Assembly: GCA_002269645.1 (NCBI GenBank)
Contig: NIVC01001863.1
Span: 62,001 to 126,000 of the forward strand
DNA length: 64,000 bases
Direction of reading: 5' to 3'
DNA from: Macrostomum lignano
Taxonomy: Eukaryota
The notes beneath the pieces were generated by a model. The model made no database searches, was not told where the DNA came from, and saw only the letters and a list, made by a program, of their open reading frames with translations. Every line of letters begins with the position of its first letter. The stretch's first letter is position 1. The translations under genes were made by a program, and so were the position numbers. This document shows, piece after piece, positions 12,601 through 25,860 of the stretch.

Positions 12601-15600
12601 CAGGAATTCTGGGATCTGCAGGGAATCTGGAATCTGCAGGGAATCTGGAATCTGCAGGAATTCTGGGATCTGCAGGGAATCTGGAATCTGGAATCTGCAG
12701 GAATTCTGGGATCTGCAGGGAATCTGGAATCTGCAGGGAATCTGGAATCTGCAGGAATTCTGGGATCTGCAGGGAATCTGGAATCTGGAATCTGCAGGAA
12801 TTCTGGGATCTGCAGGGAATCTGGAATCTGCAGGGAATCTGGAATCTGCAGGAATTCTGGGATCTGCAGGGAATCTGGAATCTGCAGGGAATCTGGAATC
12901 TGCAGGAATTCTGGATCTGCAGGGAATCTGGAATCTGCAGGAATTCTGGATCTGCAGGGAATCTGGAATCTGCAGGGAATCTGGAATCTGCAGGAATTCT
13001 GGATCTGCAGGGAATCTGGAATCTGCAGGGAATCTGGAATCTGCAGGGAATCTGGAATCTGCAGGAATCTGGATCTGCAGGGAATCTGGAATCTGCAGGG
13101 AATCTGGAATCTGCAGGGAATCTGGAATCTGCAGGAATTCTGGGATCTGCAGGGAATCTGGAATCTGCAGGAATTCTGGGATCTGCAGGGAATCTGGAAT
13201 CTGCAGGGAATCTGGAATCTGCAGGAATTCTGGGATCTGCAGGGAATCTGGAATCTGGAATCTGCAGGGAATCTGGAATCTGCAGGAATTCTGGGATCTG
13301 CAGGGAATCTGGGATCTGCAGGGAATCTGGAATCTGCAGGGAATCTGGAATCTGCAGGGAATCTGGAATCTGCAGGAATTCTGGGATCTGCAGGGAATCT
13401 GGGATCTGCAGGGAATCTGGAATCTGCAGGGAATCTGGAATCTGCAGGAATTCTGGGATCTGCAGGGAATCTGGAATCTGCAGGAATTCTGGGATCTGCA
13501 GGGAATCTGGGATCTGCAGGGAATCTGGAATCTGCAGGGAATCTGGAATCTGCAGGGAATCTGGAATCTGCAGGGAATCTGGGATCTGCAGGAATTCTGG
13601 GATCTGCAGGGAATCTGGGATCTGCAGGGAATCTGGGATCTGCAGGGAATCTGGAATCTGCAGGGAATCTGGGATCTGCAGGGAATCTGGAATCTGCAGG
13701 GAATCTGGGATCTGCAGGAATTCTGGGATCTGCAGGGAATCTGGGATCTGCAGGGAATCTGGGATCTGCAGGGAATCTGGGATCTGCAGGGAATCTGGAA
13801 TCTGCAGGGAATCTGGGATCTGCAGGGAATCTGGGATCTGCAGGGAATCTGGGATCTGCAGGGAATCTGGGATCTGCAGGGAATCTGGAATCTGCAGGGA
13901 ATCTGGGATCTGCAGGAATTCTGGGATCTGCAGGGAATCTGGGATCTGCAGGGAATCTGGGATCTGCAGGGAATCTGGGATCTGCAGGGAATCTGGGATC
14001 TGCAGGGAATCTGGAATCTGCAGGGAATCTGGGATCTGCAGGGAATCTGGGATCTGCAGGGAATCTGGGATCTGCAGGGAATCTGGGATCTGCAGGGAAT
14101 CTGGAATCTGCAGGGAATCTGGGATCTGCAGGGAATCTGGGATCTGCAGGGAATCTGGGATCTGCAGGGAATCTGGGATCTGCAGGGAATCTGGGATCTG
14201 CAGGGAATCTGGGATCTGCAGGGAATCTGGAATCTGCAGGGAATCTGGGATCTGCAGGAATCTGGGATCTGCAGGGAATCTGGGATCTGCAGGGAATCTG
14301 GGATCTGCAGGGAATCTGGGATCTGCAGGGAATCTGGAATCTGCAGGGAATCTGGGATCTGCAGGGAATCTGGGATCTGCAGGGAATCTGGATCTGCAGG
14401 GAATCTGGGATCTGCAGGGAATCTGGAATCTGCAGGAATCTGGGATCTGCAGGGAATCTGGGATCTGCAGGGAATCTGGGATCTGCAGGGAATCTGGATC
14501 TGCAGGGAATCTGGAATCTGCAGGGAATCTGGGATCTGCAGGGAATCTGGGATCTGCAGGGAATCTGGGATCTGCAGGGAATCTGGGATCTGCAGGGAAT
14601 CTGGAATCTGCAGGGAATCTGGATCTGCAGGGAATCTGGGATCTGCAGGGAATCTGGGATCTGCAGGGAATCTGGGATCTGCAGGGAATCTGGGATCTGC
14701 AGGGAATCTGGGATCTGCAGGGAATCTGGGATCTGCAGGGAATCTGGGATCTGCAGGGAATCTGGGATCTGCAGGGAATCTGGGATCTGCAGGGAATCTG
14801 GGATCTGCAGGGAATCTGGGATCTGCAGGGAATCTGGGATCTGCAGGGAATCTGGGATCTGCAGGGAATCTGGGATCTGCAGGGAATCTGGGATCTGCAG
14901 GGAATCTGGGATCTGCAGGGAATCTGGAATCTGCAGGGAATCTGGGATCTGCAGGGAATCTGGAATCTGCAGGGAATCTGGGATCTGCAGGGAATCTGGG
15001 ATCTGCAGGGAATCTGGGATCTGCAGGGAATCTGGGATCTGCAGGGAATCTGGGATCTGCAGGGAATCTGGGATCTGCAGGGAATCTGGGATCTGCAGGG
15101 AATCTGGAATCTGCAGGGAATCTGGGATCTGCAGGGAATCTGGAATCTGCAGGGAATCTGGAATCTGCAGGAATCTGGGATCTGCAGGGAATCTGGATCT
15201 GCAGGGAATCTGGGATCTGCAGGGAATCTGGGATCTGCAGGGAATCTGGGATCTGCAGGGAATCTGGGATCTGCAGGGAATCTGGGATCTGCAGGGAATC
15301 TGGGATCTGCAGGGAATCTGGGATCTGCAGGGAATCTGGGATCTGCAGGGAATCTGGGATCTGCAGGGAATCTGGGATCTGCAGGGAATCTGGGATCTGC
15401 AGGGAATCTGGGATCTGCAGGGAATCTGGGATCTGCAGGGAATCTGGATCTGCAGGGAATCTGGGATCTGCAGGGAATCTGGATCTGCAGGGAATCTGGG
15501 ATCTGCAGGGAATCTGGGATCTGCAGGGAATCTGGGATCTGCAGGGAATCTGGATCTGCAGGGAATCTGGAATCTGCAGGGAATCTGGGATCTGCAGGGA

Positions 15601-16102
15601 ATCTGGATCTGCAGGGAATCTGGGATCTGCAGGGAATCTGGAATCTGCAGGGAATCTGGGATCTGCAGGGAATCTGGGATCTGCAGGGAATCTGGGATCT
15701 GCAGGGAATCTGGGATCTGCAGGGAATCTGGGATCTGCAGGGAATCTGGAATCTGCAGGGAATCTGGGATCTGCAGGGAATCTGGAATCTGCAGGGAATC
15801 TGGGATCTGCAGGGAATCTGGAATCTGCAGGGAATCTGGGATCTGCAGGGAATCTGGGATCTGCAGGGAATCTGGGATCTGCAGGGAATCTGGGATCTGC
15901 AGGGAATCTGGATCTGCAGGGAATCTGGGATCTGCAGGGAATCTGGGATCTGCAGGGAATCTGGGATCTGCAGGGAATCTGGGATCTGCAGGGAATCTGG
16001 AATCTGCAGGAATTCTGGGATCTGCAGGGAATCTGGAATCTGCAGGGAATCTGGGATCTGCAGGGAATCTGGGATCTGCAGGGAATCTGGGATCTGGAAT
16101 CT
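6663..16102. repeat. 9.4-kb 18-bp minisatellite GGGAATCTGG(A/G)ATCTGCA
   Basis: About 520 units with substitution variants and 17-nt and 25-nt indel variants; a PstI site (CTGCAG) in nearly every unit. Confidence 0.99.
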
Positions 16103-19100
16103 TTACTATCTTTTGTATCTATTGAGGGAATTCAAGATCCAGGGAAATTTGTACAACATTGAGTTGTGAGGGCAATTTATGGCATCTAAAAAACTGTACG
16201 CAGAACTGAAATGCAAGTTGCAGGCAACATCTCTGGTCCCAGATGGAAACCAGTAGGTGTGTCGGAGAAATGACAAATTTTGATTTATGATTGCCAGTAT
16301 CCACCTGTCTCCGCCTACGCCTCATACAATTTCGCTAATTTTCCGATCCCGAGCGCCGAGCGTTGAGAGCGGCAAGCCGAGTTTGCTTCCCCACACCTGC
16401 TCGCTTTGCCGCCGCAACCCGTCCAGATGTTCCGGCCTTTTCAAGCCAAATCGGGGTGTAGGGATAAAAAACTGACAAGTTTCCGATGGGGGGGGGACTG
16501 CGGGGCTATCGGGTCGCCAGGACCAGCGAGGGGAATCCATTGCAACTTGGGAAGGGAGAAAAATGGGGGGGGACTGGAGCGGGGGCTGCCGCCTCCCTTC
16601 GAAGTTCGAACTCCCCCAGAGGGGAAGATTGGCGCCATTAATCACTGGAGGGAATGCATAAAATATCCTATTGGCCTTTTTACTACCGGCGTTCCCCATC
16701 CATCCCGCTTCAAGCAACCCCCCCCCCCTGTTTCGAGGTCGCAATCGCTAAAAGTTTGGGATATCTCCGGCCGTGATCTCCATGGAGAGCTATGTTTTTT
16801 TGGAATTCTGCAACTGTGGAATTTCGGGATAGCAACAATATTGCACTACAATTAGTGACTCTCTATGGCTATACTCGGCTGGGATTATTCCAATTTCAGC
16901 TCCGAGAGTCCCGGCGACTGCCCCAGCGCTGCTTTCAGACAAGCGAGAGTGAAAGTGGGTGGAGCTTGAAGGGAGCGAAGTGGGAAGTGGTGCTGTGGGG
17001 AGAATTCTCCCCCTCCCAACCGCTGAGGAAGTTATTTGCTTTTCACTTATACAGCGGCTCGCAGCGCCGCCCCTCCCCCATTCCTCCTCGCCCTCTCTCG
17101 CCTCGGCGCATGCAGGCGGGCTGCAGCCCAGACCCAGAGGGGAGATTTGGTTGGAATGGGGAAGCCGCTAAAAAGGGGCAGAAGACTAGGGAGGAGGGGG
17201 TGGCTCCGTAATCTAATAGATCTTATCGGAAGAGGCGAAGGCCTGCCTACTCAACCGCTGGCTTCTCCTTTGCCTGGAATTAAGCTGGCTGAGAAGGGAT
17301 GCTGGGCCAGACACCCCACCCTCCTCAGGAGTCCCCATCCTTCAGGCTCGCCTCTCCCATTCTCCCTCCTATTATCTCTTCCGCCGCTTGACGCCGCCGC
17401 CAACCCCCGCCCCGGTGCAGCTTCAGCCCGATATTACCAAAAGAAGAGCGCCCTTTTTTGCTGCTCTGGAGCCTCCAACTTTTTGTATAGCTTAGGTTAT
17501 AGGTTGCAAGAGCTGAAGATGAAGCCCCAAACTCATATATAGCATTTCTTATAAGCCTTTATGCTTTTTTTCCGGCCAGACGCATCCAGTTAGCGACAAG
17601 ACATAAAATGAGTTTAGCGATGCGATGCGTGTCACCCTGATGGGCTCTCCAAGCCAGTCATTGTCCCGCAGTCTGGGCTGGGTCTCATTGTTAGTTATAA
17701 CAATTGAAGAAAAACTGAAGTCTTCTTTTGCTAGAGGCACGATGGAGTGACAGGGCAGTTTCTTCTCAACTCTCAGCTGTGATTTGGCTGGCACAGCGGG
17801 GCTGGCTTAGACAGTCTATCCATATGTATACTAAATTGTTTGTTTGATTTTGAGTCATTTTCCTGCCAATGCCAGGGTCCGAAGGTGCAACCCACTCTCC
17901 TCAATGACGAGCTGTTTATAAAAGTAAAAGATGTACCGTTACCGTAGCTAACGTTAATATCAAATTCTAAATGTAACGGTAATGTGCACGAGCATGAGTG
18001 GCTAATCCCTTTAATCCGAGTCCCATATATATGCTAACTAGACTGCTAGTGCTAAGCCTGCAGCTTTGGGGGCTTCAGCCTTCATTCAAATAGGCGGAAT
18101 AGCTGATCAAACAAAGGCAAGCGGCGCACATGCATTGTATGCCATGCTGGCCATGCGTGCACGGGAATACAGACCGGCGTGGGAGTCGGGGGCCGCGTCG
18201 ACGTGGGAATAGAATCCCGCAAAGGATTGCCTTGCCATAGAAGAGAGAAACATGATTTGACTGTCCGCACGAGCTGCCCAAAGCAGATTAAACGTGCGGC
18301 TGTGGGTTGGAATGGGAAATTGCTTTAGCTTCGCTTTTTACGATTCCCAACAACAAAAGAAGCAAGCAATCGGCCCACGACGCTTAGATTAAACAGAAAA
18401 AATGTATATATGTTGGCTCTGGGCAAAATAGAATTGACTAGCCAGGCAGATCGCACGCACCTAGCCTGATCATTGTCCAGTTCTCACTGTCACCTTGAGA
18501 GACAGGTATGGTACTGAGGATCGAGAGTATAAAGACTCAAATCCTATGATTCCTATCCTAATTTTCAATTCAAAGCCAAGTTTCAATTTGCAATCAGTGC
18601 AGTTCAGTATTAGCTATAAACTAATTCCCCGTTTCCAACAATAAACTATTTTGTTTCTGGCTTTGCAAGCCCTTGTTGCGTTGGGTGGCTGGCTACAGGG
18701 GTGCGCGGACTCCTCCGGTCTAGTGGAGGCAAATGTTACAAAACTTCACTTTCAAGAATTAAGGGAATAGTTTAAAAGTCAAAGACTTATAAAGAGGAGG
18801 CAGAGGGGGCTTTAAGGCCCTTCTGCAATTGCTGGCATAGCAATGGCTTAAGGGTCATGCAGGAGCCCCCCTCCCGCCCAGCACCATGGATTGGGGGGCT
18901 CCCAAGCTTTTTGCAAGACCCTCAAAATGTCTCTCTTCATTGCAAAGGCAGCGGGGCAAGACGCAATGGCGGATATGCCTAGCAAAGCGCGCACCCCAGG
19001 CTAGAAGGCTGTTAACGTAGAAATTAAAGGGGCAGCCCCGTGATCGCGCATGCTTTCCACTATGCCGGCTAGTCAGCCAATGAGAGGACCCGACTGGCGC

Positions 19101-21435
19101 CCCACCCCAGCCTCAACACCCACACCCCACCCCCTAGGCTCATTTGCCATGTTATCAGACTTGATCCAACACTTGCGAGGGGTCACTTACTAATACTAGT
19201 TCTGTTGTGGGCCCTCTTCAGCGTTTGCTTGCATGACGTGACAGGGCTCCGAAGCCACACAGCACACAGACATTGGAAGCCGCCTCCTTTCCATACAAAA
19301 CTCTTCTCACTCCCCAAACAGATCTTAAAGCCTTCTTCTCCCTTGGCTTCACAATTTCCTTCCCTTATCACACACAGCCCAAGCTGAGCACAGCACTGGA
19401 GCACATTGACGACACCAGTCCTACTCAAACTTAATATCTGTTGAAGGACAAGATTAAGATTTCTGCAATTTTTTTTCATTTAACTTACTTCGTTTGTCTC
19501 GTGTCTCGGCATCAAATAATTAGAGTTTGTTGAGTTGGAAAATCTCCACTGCTATTCTCAGCCGTGATTTCTTCTTGGACTTGGAGTTGAGTTCGACAAA
19601 CAACGAGTCTCCAGCATTCGCCTTCGTTTGGGTGAGTAGAGTTAAAATCGCCAATTAACTTTCAGGCCTAACAGCAATATGATCAGTGTTAAGTTAAATT
19701 AATTTGAACGAATCGGCTTTTGACTTTATTCTGCCATTGCAAATCAATTCCACCATCCAATTCCAAAGAATGATCCCATTTTCAATGAATTTTAACAGAT
19801 TTATTCTTTAAACAATTCACGTTTTACAATTTTCTCGTGCCGCCTATGCGGGGGTTACTTTTCATTATATAGGCCTTAAGACTTGAAAAACCAATAACTA
19901 ACGGATCCTAATTGCTAATTAACCACTTATTAACCTGGCCTGTTATAATTTTAACTTGGCCATGGCATAATTGAACCACCGGCTGGTCCCGATTTATTGC
20001 CTCTCAAATTAGTCCGATAAACGGGCAGCAATTTTAACTGAAAATAACTGATTCGCAAACCAGGTTTCGCCTCAGTTTGTGTTTGCTGCATTTTCAACTG
20101 ATAAAGTAGTTTGAGTCATTTGAGCATTCTGAATGAAATAACAATTCATAATAGGTAAACCGCCTTTTCCATTCCAATTCAAATTGACGCTTACGGCTTA
20201 GCCTGTGCCTGTGTTTAATAACGATGCCAAGACCAAAGGCCCTACCTACGAGTACCGAAGTTCCAAGCCCCAACCCACTCCTTTGCCTTATTCTCGACCA
20301 TGCGAACTGATGAAGTGCCAGCAGAGAATTAGAAATTCTATATAAAAATTGTTTTGTTTAAAACAGCGCCCCACCCGCAACTGTCCAATTTACCCCCCCC
20401 CCCCTATCCACCTCTATACAATGTGCCATCTATTCTATTGAGATAGGAGGGCCAAAGGCAAAGCAGAATTCAATGCAGACGACGAGAGCCTCTCCTGCGG
20501 CTTGCTTTGGCCTTGCTATTGCCTGTATGCATTTTACATGGCCCAATGCAAACCATATGCAGCATTTGCTGTTGCCAGGGTCTCTGCAGTCTGCAGCACT
20601 GCACCTCCAACTCCAACCCCCCTCACACACACACACACTCAGCCAAACACCATGGCGGCTCCACACAAACAAGCGGAAAAGAGCCTCTCTGAGGTTGTGG
20701 GGCTGTGGGGGGGGGGGACTACTGGCTTGAATTGCATAGGGGCCGTGTGTGTGTGTGTCTGAGTGGTGTGAAGGGCCTGGCCTGGCCTTTGCAATCTTTC
20801 GGGACTGGGGTGGGAAGCGGGCACTCATTGGCCGCATAGCCCCCAGCCAATGCCCGACCAGCAAAGCTTTAAGCCTTGGCCCTGTGTTGGTGTGGTTGCA
20901 ACTCCCAAGCCCTTTTTATGCAGGGACCGCGCCATCGCTAGACTAGAGAGATTTTCTTCATTTGGCCTTCGCTCCCACTACTGCTAACCCCCCCCCCCCC
21001 AGAGAAAGAAGCGAACCAGATGTCGCACTTGTGATCAATCTGCTTTTTTTGCCCCGAAGCCACGCAGTCAGTCAGTCACTCGGGCCGTTAGCTCGGTTTT
21101 CCCATCTCTTTCTTCCTCTGGTCTGCGACTGTTTTTCCTTCCTTGGTTCATTTCCCACCGGAGCTTCTCTAGGCAAAGAAAATTGAAATCACGCACGGAG
21201 ACACTCAGCTGAGAGAGAAAGCGGCCGACCCAGAAAGCTCCCAGGACTTCCTCCGGGCCGCTGACCCAGAAACTCTATTAAGAGTAATATATACCCACCT
21301 ACTTTGTTTTACTTTACCACCACAGTAACGGTTTTAAGCACCGCAAATTGCTGGAAATTTGAGTCGCTAAAGCAGACTTATAAAACAAACCGTATTGCAG
21401 CCGGCGTAGCCCCTTGACCGTGCCATGCCAAACGG

Positions 21436-21831
21436 ATGTCAGCTGCTGAGCCGGTGATACCCCAGCAGCAGCAGCAGCAGCCGGCTGAGCACACTCTGTC
21501 GGACTCCTTCGCCTCCTCGGGATCCGACTGGAACCTTCTCGGCGATCTCATGATCGACCTGAGCTCGGCAGACCAGCAGCAGCAGCCGCCGCCACCGCCG
21601 GCCCTGAAGATGCCAGCAACCGAGGCGCCCGCCGCGCCATCGGAGACGCCAGCCCTCGGCCCGAAGCCGGAGCCGGCCGCGCCACCCGACAAGAGCCTCA
21701 AGATGAAGATCAAGCGCAAGTCCAAGCACGAGGAGAAGCACGAGATTGTCGCCGCCGAGGCCCCGCCGGCCAGAGACGACTCGGCCGCCGACTCGGCCGG
21801 GCCCAACGCCAAGAAGGCTCGCGTTGACAAG
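21436..21831 (+). CDS. ZNF608/609: ZNF608/ZNF609/Scribbler-like protein, coding exon 1
   Basis: ATG at 21436 with an in-frame TGA upstream (21415-17); 132 codons ending GACAAG|GTGAGC; phase 0, in frame with exon 2. Confidence 0.75.
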
Positions 21832-22107
21832 GTGAGCCGCGCGGGGGGGTCTGGGGCCCCCGCCAATCTGGAGACACACCCCACTTCCCCAGGATCCCCG
21901 TCAGCCTGGTCCCCGGGGGGGATAAATGCAATCACTCCCCAATTTTCTCCCAATCTTCTCCCGGATGCCCCGCCGAGCCCCGGTCGAAATTAAAGAGCCG
22001 CGTTTAATGGAGGGGACGAATGTGGCCTGGGATTTCCCCAATGCGATCCATCCACTGATCGCTGATGACGTCATCCGTTTCTAACCCGCTGCCTCCCCGC
22101 GACACAG

Positions 22108-24192
22108 GCCGACAACGGCAAAAAGAAGACTGCCACCCAGCCGGGGTCCCAGCAGGCCCGACGGGACGCCTCGGTGAACACGGCCACGGTGGGCACCTCG
22201 GTTGAGCCCGACCAACTGGGGCCCTGCGACACCGGCACTAACATCAGCCTGGATGGCATCGTGTGGCTGGAGACGACCACCGGCCTGCTTGTGGTGAACG
22301 TCACCTGGCGTGGCCGCACCTACGTCGGTACCCTGCTGGACTCCTCGCAGCACGAGTTCGCGCCCCCCTGCCCCAAAGACTACGTGCCGCCCATGGAGAC
22401 TTCTTCGTCTAGGAATGCGCGCGGCCGCGGCAAGCGGCGACCTCCGGGTTGCAACGGCGGCGGTGGAAGCAGCGGCGTTAACGGAGTCGCCCGGGGCAGT
22501 CGCCGGCTGGGCCGCCAGCTGCCGCTGTCGAGTCGAGGCAGCGACGAAAGCGACGAAGGCAGCCGGCAGGACGGCAAGGAGGACGGCAGCAAGTCGCAGT
22601 CGCCGCCGGCGCAGCTGCCGGGCGACCCGCAGCAGCAGCAGTCGGGCGATGACGCCCAGCTGCCCGACCAGCCGCATATCAAGTGCCCGGAGCTCGGCTG
22701 CGACAAGCGCTTCTCCCAGCTGCAGGCGCTGAAGTGGCACACCATCAGGCACCACGGCGAGCTGCGGCCCAGCCTGGCCTGCACCGCCGACCTCCTCCAG
22801 GCTGAGCAGTTGCGCGAGATCAAGTCTCTGGACGGCTCCAGTGTCTTCAAGGTGCCTCAGCAGCGAATCGCCGCGCAGCAGCAGCAGCCGCCGCCGGTGG
22901 CCGCCGCCAGAACCTCACCGTCGAAGACCGTGACCGTGTCTAAGACGTGCCCGGTGCCCACCGCCGCTGGCCAGGCCAAGCCAGTCAAGGAGGACAAGGC
23001 CGCCCCGCCTGCCCAAGGCCCCTTCAAGCCCATCCAGCCCAAACCGGAGCTGCTGGAGGCCGCGGCGGCTGAGCCCGCCCCCCTGGTCAACGGCGCTGTC
23101 ACGGACTTCGCCAAGAAGAAAAAGCAGCGCCGCAGTCCCGAGAGGCCGCCGGCGTTGGCGCCGAAAATGGCGCCAACTGGGAGCGGCAGCGGCCAGCGCG
23201 CCAAGTGCAGCCGCCGCTCCGACCCCGTCTCCCCCGCTTACAGCGACATCAGCGACGAGGGCTCTGCGCCGCTGCTGGAGAAAGAGGAGCCACCGGCCTC
23301 GCCTCCTCCACCACCGCCTCCGCCACCGTCCGTCGCTCAGCCGCCGACATCCTTGACGCCCCAGCCGAAGACTTCAGCCGCCCCGCCGGCCGCCATCGTT
23401 TCGCCGCTGCCGCAGTCGCACAGGCCGCGCTTGCCCGCCTCTCCCGCCGTCGCTTCGAAACCCGCCGCCGCGCACCACGCCACGCCGAGAGGCTCGCCTA
23501 ACGCGCCGCAGAAGCCAAGCCTCGGCCACTCGCCCTCGGAGGACACCGCCAAGCAGGCGGAGGAGCGGCGGCAGATCCTGGCAGAGAACTCTGACATTCG
23601 CGAGCAGCAACAGCAGCAGCAGCAGCATCAACTGAAGGAGCCGCCAAGGACTCCGCAGCTTCAGTCGCCGTCGTCCTGCCGGCCCTCCTCGCGTCAGTCA
23701 GTGCCGCCGCCGATCTCCGCCGCCTCGGCCTTCATGGGCGCCCTGGCGCCGCCGCCGCCGTTCCCAGCCGGCCCCCCTGGGGGCTTCCCGGACTACCGCC
23801 TGCTGGGCCGCGGGTTCGACTGCGGCCAGTTCATGTCGCCCTTTCTGCACGACAAGGCTTCGATGGAGGCTCTGGGATATGCGCGCTCGCCCTTCATCAT
23901 GCAGCAGCAACTGCAGCAGCAACAACAGCAGCAGCAGCAGCACAAGATTCACGAGCTGGCCGCTGGCTCCGTGAGCCCCGGGCCCGGCAAAACCCCGCCG
24001 GCGAACGGCCTGCCGCATCACGGAGCTCCGCCGCCGCCGCCTCCACCGCCGCCTCAGCAGCCGCCGATGCCGCCGCACAGCCTGGGCCCGCCGTTCCACC
24101 GGCCCGGCCTGGTGGAGCCCTTCATGATGGCGCCGCCCTTCTCCATTCCTTCGCCGCTGATGCCGCAGCCGCACTTTCTGCCGCACAAATGA
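22108..24192 (+). CDS. ZNF608/609: ZNF608/ZNF609/Scribbler(Brakeless)-like C2H2 co-regulator, coding exon 2
   Basis: CTAAC branch at 22081 and CAG acceptor at 22105-07. Encodes the family block TVGTSVEPDQLGPCDTGTNISLDGIVWLE..LVVNVTWRGRTYVGTLLD, one finger CPELGCDKRFSQLQALKWHTIRHH and the SPAYSDISD motif. TGA at 24190-92. Joined protein 826 aa. Confidence 0.93.
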   Translation, partial: ADNGKKKTATQPGSQQARRDASVNTATVGTSVEPDQLGPCDTGTNISLDGIVWLETTTGLLVVNVTWRGRTYVGTLLDSSQHEFAPPCPKDYVPPMETSSSRNARGRGKRRPPGCNGGGGSSGVNGVARGSRRLGRQLPLSSRGSDESDEGSRQDGKEDGSKSQSPPAQLPGDPQQQQSGDDAQLPDQPHIKCPELGCDKRFSQLQALKWHTIRHHGELRPSLACTADLLQAEQLREIKSLDGSSVFKVPQQRIAAQQQQPPPVAAARTSPSKTVTVSKTCPVPTAAGQAKPVKEDKAAPPAQGPFKPIQPKPELLEAAAAEPAPLVNGAVTDFAKKKKQRRSPERPPALAPKMAPTGSGSGQRAKCSRRSDPVSPAYSDISDEGSAPLLEKEEPPASPPPPPPPPPSVAQPPTSLTPQPKTSAAPPAAIVSPLPQSHRPRLPASPAVASKPAAAHHATPRGSPNAPQKPSLGHSPSEDTAKQAEERRQILAENSDIREQQQQQQQHQLKEPPRTPQLQSPSSCRPSSRQSVPPPISAASAFMGALAPPPPFPAGPPGGFPDYRLLGRGFDCGQFMSPFLHDKASMEALGYARSPFIMQQQLQQQQQQQQQHKIHELAAGSVSPGPGKTPPANGLPHHGAPPPPPPPPPQQPPMPPHSLGPPFHRPGLVEPFMMAPPFSIPSPLMPQPHFLPHK

Positions 24193-24904
24193 GCACTGAC
24201 AATTTCTTGACCCCCACCCCCCTCAGCTGCCTGCGATCGCCCTTGGCCTTCAGTACACACCGGACTCAATACACCTGCTGTCTTTCCCTTGAGTAGCTGG
24301 CCTGCAATTAAGTACAGAGCTAAAATTCAATATTATTGGAAACCCCCATCGCTGTTTCCCCCAGAAGAATCTTCTGCTTTCAGCCAAAGCGAAAAGTGGC
24401 TCGTCCCCAAATTCTTAGCGATTTTTCCTCGGATTGGCATGGAAGTCATCATCCATTGATCGGAATAGCCTTCTTGTTTGTTTAACGAAATCCCCGCGGG
24501 GAGTTTTTTCCTCTCCAGCCATCCTCTGCTTCACCCTTTCTAAGCGTCTTTGTTCCCTTGCTTGGGTTGTTGACTGAGGCGTGTGTGGTGTCTGTCTCCT
24601 TCATCACAGCTCCCTCACCACCCCAGCCTCCCTCCCCAAGGGCTTCCTTCATCATTTCCCCTCCTCCAAGCCTGCCAGCCTCCCTCGCCCAGCCCAGCCA
24701 CCCGCTGGCCCATTGTAATCGGTCTGCTTCTGGCCCCACCCGCCTCCCCTCGCATAAACACGGGGCTGACTGACATTTAACAAGTCCAGCTGCTGCCCCG
24801 GCCCTCCCCCAATCCCCATGCCAGCCGCCTGACTGACCGACCGGCCCGTTTTGAATTTGATCAGCTCCTTGCTTAGTCTTAGCTTTTGTCCGCTTCTATC
24901 CATA

Positions 24905-24910
24905 AATAAA
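24905..24910 (+). terminator. Candidate poly(A) signal AATAAA for the ZNF608/609-like gene
   Basis: Hexamer ~710 nt after the stop; position only. Confidence 0.3.
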
Positions 24911-25626
24911 TCCATAAATCCATCTGTCTGTGTAGGCTTCTCCTAGAAGCAGCAACAGCGCTAATTGTGCTTCTTTTGCAACAATAGACCGCTATTTCCA
25001 CTATTATTTATTATAATGAATAGAGATGCGGTGTGCGGCGGCTCCTTGATCCACATTGATTGACACCTCTGATCCAACCTGCTTATCCGGTCACTGAGAC
25101 TCTTTAAACGCTTTATCGAACCTCTTCTATTTTTGTCTGCCACTGTCTGATTATTTTTGTTCCAAGAATTGTCGATTTAATTCTGTCCACCAGCTCACCT
25201 GCTCCTATTTGGCGTTGCTGTGCGCACGTTGCTTTGATTTTTCCTCGGTCCTTGAAGATCCAAATGAATATTAACTATTTAGGCATTGGCGCTGGGGCTC
25301 GCCTGGCTGTGGGGGCACTATTCTAATTTCTGCTATCAGCGTTCTGTTTTGCTGCTTTCATGTATCATAGTTTCTGCTCCTTTGTGTACAGACAGAGCCG
25401 CTTTATAGAATCACTTTAGTTAAAGCTATTGTTGCACCCCTGCTGCACAAGGGCTTTGGTAGTGAAGCAAACACACTCTGCACCACTATTTGCTTATTCA
25501 TTTTATTTATTGATGAAATAAATATACAATAAGCGGCACATCTTATCTTCAATTGTCACCAGTTTGTCTAGCTGCCTGCCTGCTTGCAAGCTTCTAATTG
25601 CGACATTGCGTCTGCTTTTTTGTCCT

Positions 25627-25860
25627 GAAATCCCGTCATTTGATCCCCCAATTCCCACTATTTGATCCCGAAATCCCGCTGTTTGATCCCGAAATCCCGC
25701 TGTTAGATCCCTGAATCCCACTATTTGATCCCAAAATCCCGCTAATTGATCCCAAAATTCCGTTATCCCATCTCGAAATCCCGCTTTTTGGTCCCAAAAT
25801 CTCACTTTCGATCTCGAAATCCCCCTATTTGGCCCTGAAATTCCCTTATTTCATTATAAA
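25627..25860. repeat. Degenerate ~21-bp repeat GAAATCCCGCTGTTTGATCCC
   Basis: GAAATCCCG at 25627, 25670 and 25691, with further decayed copies. Confidence 0.8.

Noticed and set aside
18690-19000. 10-bp inverted repeat GGGGTGCGCG / CGCGCACCCC about 300 bp apart
   Set aside because: Too short, with no target-site duplication.
21378-24269. Antisense and alternative-frame ORFs over the ZNF608/609 exons (likewise over TENT4, MCRS1 and LMO)
   Set aside because: Expected shadows of GC-rich coding sequence; no recognisable domains.
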